From NCBI GenBank assembly GCA_038087875.1, contig CM075992.1:10232001-10296000 (forward strand): DNA of 64,000 nt, in the 5' to 3' direction. Source of the DNA: Malacoraja senta. Its lineage: Eukaryota. Positions within the stretch are counted from its first letter, which is position 1. Each line of letters begins with the position of its first letter. This document shows, in pieces, positions 52,106 through 64,000 of the stretch. Position numbers and translations under genes: made by a program. The notes beneath the pieces are model-generated. The model saw only the letters and a program-made list of their open reading frames with translations. It was not told the origin of the DNA and did no database searches.

Positions 52106-55100
52106 TGAAATTTCGCGATATCTCTGTACTGGAAGATATTATGGAGAGGCTACCTTATGGAACAACTTTGAAATTTGAGGATGAGATAATCAAATTCTTC
52201 TGGGATTTCGCTGCAGAGTTGGCGAAGAAACGGGATCTGTTTTCAAAGACCAGACAGATTCTGAAAGGAATCCAGTGCTTGAGATATGGTATAATGTACC
52301 CCGTCAAAATGAAGATCACTTATAAGAATTCGGAGCGTGTCTTCATCGACCCAGAAGAGGCATATACATATGCAGAAGACCTCGTAAAGAAGGTCAAGGG
52401 GTAAGTAGATAAGGGATAAGTGCCTGTCAAGAGACGGTTTGCCTATAAACTTTGGTTGAGAAGAAGCTGAGAAGATTTGACTTTTAAAGTAACTGATATT
52501 AAATAAAGTCTCTGTTTAGATGGCGTAATTCTTACATGTGGCAAAGTCTAGACACTTATCAGCTTTGGAATGTGTAACCAAGGTCGAATCTGTATTTCGA
52601 TGAGAAAAAAAGGGAGTCGCAGAACATGTAACAGGCTAATTAAAGGGAGCCGAAATTAACAATTTATTAATAAAAATATTTGTTTGATTATAGACTTACA
52701 TATAAAGCAATGATTTAACATCGTTTTATTATAGTTTGATTACAGACTAACATATAAAGTAGTGATTTAATATAGTTTTATTAATCTAAAATGAATTAGT
52801 ATAAAGAATAGGGTATCATACCCCAGGAGGGGGGTGGATGTATTCTAATTTGCAAACGGACTGGTGGATTAGTGACGGTGACTTAATTATATTGATTTAA
52901 GTTTACTCTATAATAATATACTAATATGGGTGTAACTAATTCGGAAATCTAATTCATGAAAAGTCTTATACAAAGTTGAAATTAGATGGAAGGGAAGTGA
53001 TTTAAACATGAGGTAATTGGCAAATAGCCAAGAATGTACTTTTGGTTAACCCCTTCCAATTTGAAGGAGTACTTTATTGCAAGACAAGGGTTTAGATCAA
53101 TGAAGGTTAATATAACAATTGTTACTACATAGTAAATATATATTCACGAACAGATTTAATTAGATTTAGATGTTGGATGTATCTCTATATGTATGGACCC
53201 CTCCTCCTTCTGATATTACTTGGCAAAGGGAGTGGAGGTAAATGTTTATGAACAACGACGGAAGTCGCAAGAATTATTTCTACCACCGTTTTGTGGATTT
53301 TTTCTAGCAGTGCAGTGTTATTATCACTGTACTGCAATATCACGTTATACTTTTGAATCACTTTTCACGTTTCCGTTTTTTTTAAGGATACACTCTAAAG
53401 GGTTGTGCCTAGAATACCAAGAAGAGATAAGTACACACTTCACACCTGGAAGATCAAGGTATTGTGTTGCACCATATGACATAAATGTGTGAAACTAATT
53501 TTAAATGCAAGACATTACACAAAATAAAATAGGTGGAATTACGTTTTGCAGCTGGAACGTAAGGGGTATGAATGATCCAATCAAAAGGGGTAAGATCTTG
53601 GCACAATTAAAATCATTCAATGCCGATATAATCTTCTTACAGGAAACATATTTCAAATTACAAGCGCAGATAAGGCTGAGGGCTAATTGGATCGGTCAGA
53701 CATTCCATTCCTCATATAGTACTAAATCTAGAGATACTGCAATTATAATTCGAAAAGTTATACCATTTAAACCAAATAATAAAATAATAGACAAAGATGG
53801 GAGGTATGTCATAGTTACGGGAGAGATAGACTCGACCTCAGTTACCTTGGTAAATATTTATGCGCCTAACTTTGATAATCCTCAATTTTTTAACAACATT
53901 TTGAACTCAATCTCAGAGCTCAATTTATCAAAATGTGATATTTGGAGGAGATTTCAATTGCGTTCACCACAATTATCTGGATAAATCAACACAACAAAAA
54001 AGGTTAAACATTAAATCTAAATCTTGTGAACTCTTAAATACATACATAAAAAATACAAATATAACAGACGTATGGAGGATTGCAAACCCAGCTGGACGGG
54101 AATATTCCTTCTACTCAATGGTACATAAAACCTACTCACGAATTGACTACTTTTTAGTAGATACGAAATTAATACCATTTACATCAAATCCAAAATACCA
54201 TAGTAGTATCATTTCAGATCATGCGCCGTTAACTTTCTTCTTAATAATAGAAGGAATGACCAATAAAACATCGTTCTGGAGATTTAATTCCCAAATTGTA
54301 AACAACCCTCAGGGTTGTGCATATCTAAGACAACAGATGGATTTTTTTTTAGACCAATGATACACCAGGTATATCACCCTCATTATTATGGGAATCGGTT
54401 AAGGCATTTATCAGAGGATCGATAATTTCATATCAAGCATTTCAAAATTAAAAAAAAGATGGAACAACTGAATTTAGAAGAAAACAATTGACAATTGGAC
54501 TTAGACAACGCCAAAGACCCAACTATGGATACACATTATAAGATATTAATATTGAAATTTAAATTGAATAGAATCTTATCTGAAAGAATCATTAGACTAT
54601 TCCAAATTACAAAACAGGAACATTTTGAATTCGCTGACAAGCCACATAAGCTCCTGGCACGACAAATGAAAAAACGGGAAAAGGATCATATGATTCCAAA
54701 AATTAGGTCAGATAAAGGGGAATTGATAACACTACCCAAATATATTAACAAAAGATTTGCACAATTCTATCAACATTTATATACATCAAAAACGTCAATA
54801 GATAGTATCAAAATCACAATTTTTTGGGAAAAGTATAATCTTCCAAAACTTAATGTGATGTAACAGGAAGAATTAGGAGCTCAAATTTCAATTAAGGAAA
54901 TAGAAGCGTCAATAAAGTCTTTGAAGAACGGTAAAACCCCATGGACCGGACGGATTTAGTAATGAATTCTATAAAAAATGTTATGAAATAATTTCTCCAC
55001 GCTTACAGAAACTTTACACATATGCATTCAAAGAACAGAAACTACCAGAAACACTAGCGGAGTCGACTATAACACTAATACCTAAAAATGATAACGATCT

Positions 55101-57750
55101 AGAGGACCCCGGGTCATATAGAGCCATTGCATTATTAAATACAGATCAGGAAATATTAGCTAAAACCTTAGCAAGAAGACTAAGTAAACATAATTTGAGG
55201 TATTTTTAACATAATGTATTCATATAAGATAGAAGAGGAAGACTTATCAATTATTTCATTGGATGCAGAAAAAGCATTCCATCAGGTGGAATGGGAATAT
55301 CTTTTTAAAGTATTACAAAAATGTCAAATGGGAGATAATTTTATCCTATGGATAAAATTACTATATGGTAAGCCAATGGCTAGAATACTGACTAATAACA
55401 TACTATCCCAGAAATTTCAACTATCCAGGGGCAATAGACAGGGATGTGTTTTTATCACCCCTTCTATTTGCCCTGGTGATAGAGCCCTTAGCAGAAAATT
55501 TAAGAACGCACCCTAATATTCACGGTTACAATACTAACAATTCTAATAATAAAATATCATTATATGTAGATGATGTATTGTTATACATTACAAAATCACA
55601 AATTAGCATACCAAATTTATTACATTTAATAGAAGAAATTGGTTCATTTTCAGGATATAGAATAAATTGGAATAAAAGCGAAATAAAGACGATAAAACCT
55701 CAAGAGTCAACACATCTTTTAAAATACCCATGTAGAATTACTACAGAAAGATTTAAATATTTGGGTATACGAATTACTAGAAAATATAAATCTCTATTCA
55801 GCGCAAATTACCCGCCTTTACTTACTAAATTACAAACGTCGATCCTATTTAGGAAAACACTACCGATGTCCTTAATAGGCAGAATAAATGCCATTAAAAT
55901 GATTTTCCTTCCACAAATACTGTATTTATTCCAAACAATACCTACATACATACCTAAAAACGATTAAAAAAAATTGACTCATACATTACAAATGTTATAT
56001 GGGACTGTCAATCCCATAGAATTCAAAGCAGACATTTATGTAAACCTAAAGAATACGGTGGACCCACACTTCCCAATTTTATGTACTACCATTGGGAAGT
56101 GAACATTAAAAATATAATGAACTGGTTGGACAGTTTAACACAACAGGCAGAATATATAATAATGGAGAAGGAGGATTGCACTCCTTTTAATATAGGAGCG
56201 ATCCTTTTCTCCCCAATAAAACTGAAGAACACAATATATAAGAGAAACCCGATGATTCACAGCACAATACGAATTTGGAGACAAATAAAATCCTCTCTTA
56301 AATTAAGAAACCTTTCGCTTCTCTCACCGATAGTTAACAACCCGGCGTTTAAGCCATCGACTATTGACAAAACGTTTACTCTCTGGAACGATTAGGAATT
56401 AAGGCTTAGGAAGATTTGTATGAAGTGGGAAAACTTTTATCATTCCAAGATTTACAGCTTAAATATAATTTGGAAAGTAACCAATATTTTAGATACGAAC
56501 CCGAGATTATTTGAAAAAACACTCACAAGATAATCAAAATTTGAAGTTGGACCCTCTAGAGCAAGGCATGAATAGACAGGGAGAATTGGATCACTTAACA
56601 TCGTATTTTTATAATACTATTTTAAATATAGATATACCTTCGACAGAAGGTATAAGAAAAGAATGGGAACAAGAATTGTCTATACAAATTCCCAAGGACA
56701 GATGGGAGGATTATTTGTTATATGTACACAAATGTTCGATTAACGTTAGACATACATTGATCCAATTTAAAATTGTACACAGATTATATTACTCAAAAAC
56801 AAAACCAAATATTTGTTTTCCAATTGTCTCTCCCATTTGTGATAAGCGTTTAACTCAAGAGGCAACAATAGCACACTCATTTGTTTTTCTGTGCAAAACT
56901 CCAGAAATTCTGGAAGGACATTTTTGAAAGCTTTTCAAAAATATTTAAATTAAGATTGGACCCAAATACAGAACTGATTATCTTCGGAGCAATGGAAGCC
57001 TGTTCTGAACTGGCTATATTTCAAAGATGTTTTCTAAACTATGGTTTGATAACGGCAAAACAACTTATACTTAAATTCTGGAAAAACGTTCCTATCCCAA
57101 AGTTCATAATGTGGATCACAAATTTTTCGGAAATATTACATCTCGAGGAAATGAGACTCGTTCTAGCAGGAAAACAAGAACAATTCTTAAGAATATGGTC
57201 TCCTTTCATTGCCGTGTTACAAGTGTAATATGGTGCAACACAACCCTGGAAAGTCTGAAGAAGTGTTTCGGCCCGAAACGTTACCTATTTCCTTCGCTCC
57301 ATAGATGCTGCTGCACCCGCTGAGTTTCTCCAGCATTTTTGTGTACCCTGGAAAGTAATTGTTTTAGAACTAGGTGATGGGTGTGAATCGTTATGAATTA
57401 GGCACATTCCCTTTCCTTTTTGTTTAGCTCTACCTTCTTTGGATTCTTACTTATTTCCTTACTTTTCTAAAGGCCCTCTTCTCTTCGGGGCCTTTGTCTT
57501 TTTCACACTTTCAAGCACGCAGTTTATCTAACCATCATCATTAATTTAAGGCCAACCACTGCGGAACTGCACTCCACTACTATCCTCATTCTTCTCTTCT
57601 TTCTCTTTTCTCTTTTTCTATTACTGGCTAAAGTTTCAAAAAAAAAGTTGTGCACGAAACGTATTATGTTGCATATCATGATTAAGATGTATGTACATTG
57701 CTTCTAACAAAAAATAAATAAAAAAACAAAACCAAAAAAAACAAAAACAA
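52106..57750 (+). mobile_element. L1/Tx1-clade LINE, near full length, decayed
   Basis: ORF1 C-terminus (52141-52404, YGIMYPVKMKI). ORF2 endonuclease (SWNVRGM, FLQET, YSRIDYF) and RT (SLDAEKAF, SPLLFAL, YVDD), with a C-terminal Cys/His motif and an A-rich tail. Confidence 0.92.
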
Positions 57751-59015
57751 ATGGGGGGCGGGGGAGCAAGAGCGGAGCTGTGGGAAATCGAGGAGACCCT
57801 AGTAAGAGCATCATCTATAATGGCAGAGGGAACCCCGTTTCCTAAAGAATGATAACATCTCCGATGCCCTGGTATGGAATACTTCATCCTGGGCGCAGAT
57901 GTGGCGTAGACGGAGGAATTGGGAGTAGGGGGTTGTCTTTACAGGAAACAGGGTGGTAAGAAGTGCAGTCAAGATATCTGTGGGAGTCAGCAAGTTTGTA
58001 GTAAATGTCGGTCAATATTATTTTTCCTGGAATGGAGACGGTGAAATCTATAACCGGGAGGGAGACGTCGGAGATGGTCCAAGTTAATTTGAGAGCAGGA
58101 TGGAAATTAGCGGTGAAGTTGATGAAGTCAGTGAGTTCTGCATGGGGGCAGGAGTTAGCACCAATATAGTCGTCAATGTAGTGGACGTAGAGTTCGGGGA
58201 TATGGCCAGTGTACGCCTGGAACAAAGAGGCAGTCATAGCTAGGGCCCATGCGAGTGCCCATAGCTACGCCTTGGATTTGGAGGAAGTGGGAGGCGTCGA
58301 AGGACAAGTTGTTGAGGGTGAGGACCAGCTTTGCTCGGCGGAGGATGGTATTTGTGGATGGAAATCGTCTGGATCTGCGGTCGAGGAAGAAACGGTGAGC
58401 TTTAAGAGCCTCCTGGTGGGGTATTGAGGTGGAGAGTGACTGGACATCCATAGTAAAGATGGGGGAGTGGGGCCTGGAAAACGGAAGTCATTGAGGAGTC
58501 AAAGAGCGTGTAGAAGGGGTCATCACTAGGTGATGAGGACTCCTTCCCATAGAAAAATGCCTGGAGGGAGATGCGACGGAACAAGAGCTGTACATCGTGG
58601 CGGACCCGATACTCGTTGAGGTGGGGGCGGAGGGGAACACAGGTAAGGACTCTGCTAAGGACAGACAGTTCCGTATCAGAAAGGGGTTGGTCAGGGAGGG
58701 TGGTCAACACACAGCAAGGGTGGGGGTTCAGAGAAGAGGGGAGCATGAGAACTATTGTATGGGTGGTAAGTAGCCTGGGCCACCTGGCTAAAATGAGAAG
58801 GGGAAGACCCAGTGGAACCCCCACTGAGGTTCGCTATAGGAGCGGGGAAAGGGGGGTGCAGTAGGACCCAACACAATCAGGTCCCGTGGTGTTGGAACCT
58901 GCATCTTGGAGACTGTGGGCACGGTGCAGAACCTGGGTCTCAGGTAAGGCGACGGCTGCTTGAGGTGAGTTATCCACCTTCAGACCTGTCGCCTTCCCAA
59001 ACACATTCTCCATTG
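57751..59015 (-). mobile_element. Penelope-like element RT region
   Basis: MDVQSL.TSIPH, QIQGVAMGTRMGPSY, YIDDY and TDIYYK..DSH.YL motifs. Confidence 0.88.
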
Positions 59016-59854
59016 TAATAGTGACTGCACTGCCGTTTAGTTCCTTGTCACGTGTACAGAGGCACAATGAAAAGCGTTTGTTGTGTGGTGTCCAGTCAGC
59101 GGAAAGACAATACATGATTACAATCGAACCATTTACTGTGAAGTCAGGAAAAGCCAGTAAAGTCTGATCAAAGATTGTCCGAGGGTCACCAATGAGGCAG
59201 ATAGAAATGCAGGACTGCGCTGTAGTTGTATATTGCGTGTATGTGGATATAATACCTTCAGATCCGCATTCATCGCCCCTCTTTTGAAATCGGTCCCCAT
59301 GTTGCCTGACGTTGGGCTCTCATCCTTCTCCACACTTCCTGTCCTATTTCGTATTCTGAAGACTCAGGTGACCTCTCTGCGCTCTCCTTCCCTTTAACTT
59401 TATCCATATTTATGCAATTTGATACCCTCCCGCCTCCCCCTCAACTATTTAGTGTAAAGTCCCATCTGCAGTCTTAGTTATGCGTTTCGAATTCGAAACA
59501 GAATTCAAAAACAGATAGGACAGCGGCATCTGCCCATTCATTTGATGAACGTCATTTAATGTGTCGCTGGGAACAGATCGTAAATCAGGGACATATGTTA
59601 CTGAGCTGTTGGAGAAGAAACATGGCAAGGGTATTGCATTTTTCTCAAGTCAAGAGTCAAGAGTGTTTTATTGTCATATGCCCCAGATAGACAATGACAT
59701 TCTTACTTGCTGCAGCACAACAGAATACGTAAACATAGTACACTCTAAGCAATATATTAAACTAGAGAAAAATAAAGTTCAGTTTACATATACACATACG
59801 AGAAACGAGAGAGAGTAAATACAAATCAGCGTGTATATATACACATACTTACAT

Positions 59855-59855
59855 T

Positions 59856-59911
<56 letters not shown>

Positions 59912-59942
59912 CATATACTCATAAAACAAATAATAATAGTGC

Positions 59943-59990
<48 letters not shown>
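59855..59990. repeat. (TA)n and (TAA)n microsatellites
   Basis: Read directly from the sequence. Confidence 0.95.
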
Positions 59991-59991
<1 letters not shown>

Positions 59992-60299
59992 TTTTGTGGA
60001 GTTATATAGCCTTATATAAAACCCATCTCTTCTCCGTGGCCTTTGATACCCAGTAAGATGTCGACTTTATTTACTTGATTTAATTTGTTTTTTGATTGCT
60101 TTTATTGCGTGGCTATTATTTTTACTCATGTTTTATGTATTTTAATTTATTGTTGTATTTCATATGTAATTTTTGCGTCTCATGTGAGCTGTTATGTTAT
60201 GTTCTGTTATGTTGTCTGTTTATGATGTCTTGTTTAGTCTTCTGTACAGCACTTTGGTCAACATTGGTTGTTTTAAAGTGGTTAACAAATAAAGTTGGA

Positions 60300-63190
60300 T
60301 TGGATTGCATTATGACTGTAGGGAAGAAGCTGTTCATGAACCTGGACGTTACAGTTTCTAGGCTCCTGTACCCTTTTCCCGATGGTAATGGCGAAACAAG
60401 TGTGTGGCCAGGATGGCGTGGGCGTATAATGATGGTGGCAGCCTCTATGAGGCAGCGACTCCGATAAATGCTTTCGATGGTGGGAAGGCCAGAACCGGTG
60501 ATGGACTGGGCAGTGTTCACAACATTTTGCAGACTTTTGTGCTGCTGGTCGTTCAAGTTGCCGAACCAGGTCGTGATGTAACCGGTCAATATGCTCCATA
60601 CTCTACCCCTGTAGAAGTTCAAGAGAATCCGCTTTGACATACCAAATCTCCGTAAACTTCTCAGGAAGTAGAGGCGCTGATGTGCTTTCTTAATCATTGC
60701 ATCAGTGTGCTGTGACCAGGAAAGATCTTCGGATATATGCACGCCCAGAATTTGACGTTTTTGACTCTCTCCACCAACGTCCCCTTGATATAAACAGGAT
60801 CGTGCCTCATCCCTCATCCCTCTTCTTCCAAAGTCCACAATCAGTTCATTGTTTTTACTGATATCGAGAGCCAGGTTGTTGTGCTGGCACCATTTGGTCA
60901 ATCGGTCGATCTAACTTTTGTACCCTGAAAAATCACCATCTGTAATCCGTCCAAAAACGGTGGTGTCATCGGCGAACTTCAAGTCAAGTGAGTTTATTGT
61001 CATGTGTCCCTGGTAGGACAATGAAATTCTTGCTTTGCTTGAGCACAACAGAACATAGTAGGCATTTACTACAAGGCATTCTATAAATATATACACAATG
61101 GTCAATATACTGATAAAGTGCAAATAACAGTATTGGCTAGTAAAGTGCAGTGTTATGTCCGAGCCAGGTTTAATAGCCTGATGGCTGTGGGGAAGTAGCT
61201 GTTCCTGAACCTGGTCGTTGCAGTCTTCAGGCTCCTGTACCTTCTACCTGAAGGTAGTAGTGAGATGAGTGTGTGGCCAGGATGGTGTGGATCCTTGATG
61301 ATGCTGCCAGCCTTTTTGAGGCAGCGACTGTGGTAGATCCCCTCGATGGAAGGGAGGTCAGAGCCGATGATGGACTGGGCAGTGTTTACTACTTTTTGTA
61401 GTCTTTTCCTCTCCAGGGCACTCAAGTTGCCGAACCAAGCCACGATGCAACCGGTCAGCATGCTCTCTACTGTGCACCTGTAGAAGTTAGAGAGAGTCCT
61501 CCTTGACAAACCAACTTGAAGATGGAGTTCGCACTATGACCGGCTACACAGTCATGAGTATAGAGCAAGGGACTGAGCACGCAGCCTTGAGGTGTTCCCG
61601 TCCTCGTTGTTAATGAGGATGAATTATTTCTGCCAATTCGAACAGACTGTGGTCTGTGATGAGGAATGCGCAGAGACCCAGTTCCGTGAGTTTGGAAACA
61701 AGCTTGAAATGGATGATGGTATTAAATGCCGAGGTGTAGTCTAAACCCAACAGCCTGACGTAAGTGCTTTTATTGTCCAAGTGGTCCAGTGCGGAATGAA
61801 GAGCCAGTGAGATCGCATTCTCCATTGATCTGTTGTGAAGGAAAGCGATGTGTAGTGGGTCGAGGTTTTTGTTGAGGTACGAGTTGATATGCACCATAAC
61901 CAACCTCTCAAAGTCATCACCATCAGTACAAACGTTAGTGCCACTGGTCGATAGTCGTTGAGGCGCGTCACCTTGGGCACCGGTATTATTGATGCCCTCT
62001 TAAAGCAGGTGGAACCTCAGTCCTCAGTAGTGAGAGGTTGAACATGCTCGCAAAAATCCCAGCAGTTGGTCTGCATAGGTTTTGCGAACTCCACCGTGTA
62101 TACCATCAGGTCCAGTTGCTTTCCAAAGGGCCGTCCCCTGAATGAACTTCTGTCATCTGCCTCTGTGATTGTAATATCATCAGGGCGTACGGCGGCTCGG
62201 GAAGGCACATCAGTACCAAATCGTGCGTCGAACGCATTCAGCTCGTCAGGGAGTAAAGCTTCGCTGCGGCTTGAGCTGCCTCCTGATTTCGCCTTGAAGG
62301 AGGTGATGGCAATCGCCCTGCCACAGTTGCCGAACATCAGTTTCATCCTCCATATTAGAGTGGAAGTCCCTTTTGGCCTTTTTGACGGCCTTGTCAAGAT
62401 CGTATCTGGACTTCTTATAGACCTCTGTATCGCCAGACCTGAATGTCCGGGATCTGGTCTTCAGAAGAATGCGGATATGTTGGTTAATCCAAGGCTTCTG
62501 TTTAGGAAACACTCGGAAGGTTTTTGTCGGTACATTGTCCTCCACACATTTTCTTATGAAGTCTGTAACGACTGTGGCATATTAATTTAGTCCCGTTGCC
62601 GAGTCCTTGAACATTGCCCAGTCTACTGACTCCAAGCAGTCCTGTAGTTGTTCCTCTGCCTCCGCAGACCAGCTCTGTGCAGTCCTCACCTCTGGAGGTG
62701 CACTCTTCATTTTCTGCCTGTATGCAGGAAGCAGCAGCACCGCTGAATGATCGGATTCGCGAGGAGAGGGCGAGGGATAGAGCGTTTGGCATCCTGGATG
62801 ATCGTATAGCAGTGATCAAGGGTGTTTAATCAACTGGTGCAGGAGACATGTTGATGATAGTTTAGGAGTGATTTTTACTGGTTGGTTTTATTGAAGTCCC
62901 CGGCTATGTGGTAAACGCCTCGGGTAAGCTGTCTAGTGCTTCTTGGCCAACGCTCCTCCAATGCCAGGCGGCTGTCTGCCTGGGGTGGAATGTAGACCGC
63001 GGTCAGGATGATGGATGTAAATTCCCTCGGGAGGTAGAAAGGGCGGCACCTCACCACCAGATGTTCCAGGTGCGGAGAGCAGGAGTTAGACATAACTGCC
63101 ACGTCGGAGCACCACGAAGAGTTGATCATGAAGAAGACGCCCCTCTTCTCCCTTTCCCAGATGCCTGCGTACGGTCCAGACACTGTTCAC
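60300..63190 (-). mobile_element. Rex1/Babar element (endonuclease + RT relic) interrupted by a second Rex1-type 3' fragment at ~60981-61513
   Basis: RPFYLPREF..AVYIPP, LNDYRPVALT, DYTSAFNT and KFADDTT motifs. The C-terminal region occurs twice, and the host reading is split just before KFADD. Confidence 0.88.
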
Positions 63191-63849
63191 AAATCCACAC
63201 ACTCTGATGAGATGGCCAACCGTCTCCTCTCCCTGGTAGCGGTCCCGAGGTCAGCATGTATCGGTGGTAGGAGTCGAACTTTTCAGGAAGGACCTGATTT
63301 GGAGGGTTCAGCTCACCCTCATTCTTACGAGGCCTTGGTGCATGTTGGTGAGTTCTGCTGTTTCACACAAACTGGGCAGTCTGCTCATTGTACCAAGCCA
63401 CAAGTTCCACCGATTCCCTGTCTTGCAATCGGTGCAAGGTGTTCCATGCTGATCGCTGTGCAATTGCCGTGGCCAGAGCTGTTGGTCTGGAAGAACATTT
63501 ATACAAAGGATATTTATTGCAAGTCAAGAAACATGGATAGGACGTTTTAGCGAGTTATGCGTGATATATACGGTAGCAAATGGGACTAGTTGAGAGCTAG
63601 CACTTTGGTCGGCATGGACGAGTTGGGCCAAAAGTCAAAAGTAGTTTGGTTGAATTTCGTTTCGTTAATTTAGTTTAGTTTTGTTTAGATCAGTTTGAGG
63701 TTAATTTAGTGAGCGCGGAAACAGGCTCTCCAGCCCGCCTCAAGAGTTGAGGGCTGATGGGTCCCAGCTTGCAAATGTGAAACAGATGGAGTTTGTGTTG
63801 AGGACTGTCGTCCTTCATTTGATTGAATTGACATCACCCATTTTTGTCT

Positions 63850-64000
63850 TCTTCCAGCAACAAATTACACAAATAGTCTCATAAGAATAGATAACATGCT
63901 TCTGTTAATAAGAGACTGTGTCTAATGAATTTAATTGAGTTTTGCGACGACGTAACAATAAATATTAGCGAGGGCAATGCTGTATAATTGACTTCATGGA
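63850..64000 (+). mobile_element. CR1 RT relic
   Basis: CLMNLIEFCDDVT motif. Confidence 0.6.

Noticed and set aside
63820..63885. Minus-strand ICVICCWKK as a defensin end
   Set aside because: Wrong Cys spacing, and it overlaps the antisense of a CR1 RT relic.

Overview
Repeat-dense vertebrate genomic DNA, most likely from a cartilaginous fish (skate/ray/shark). That assignment is inferred from the repeat landscape: CR1, L2, Rex1/Babar, Penelope, L1/Tx1, DIRS, BEL, ERV-like and HE1/V-SINE-like copies. Almost all long ORFs in the supplied track are decayed retroelement ORFs. The main non-repeat signal is a small cluster of three paralogous two-exon beta-defensin-like genes that the ORF track does not assemble. 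Each has a signal-peptide exon, a phase-1 GT-AG intron and an exon encoding C-X6-C-X3-C-X9-C-X5-CC. Copy A (1619-2745, +) is intact. Copy B (17946-18839, -) has a +1 frameshift and an L2 insertion in its upstream region. Copy C (42253-44696, -) is intact if it uses a shifted splice donor. The genes sit in multi-kb duplicated units, and a fourth unit (~24.5-33.3 kb) appears to have lost its gene. There is a 200-N assembly gap at 51906-52105. All calls were made by eye, with no database searches, and repeat boundaries are approximate.
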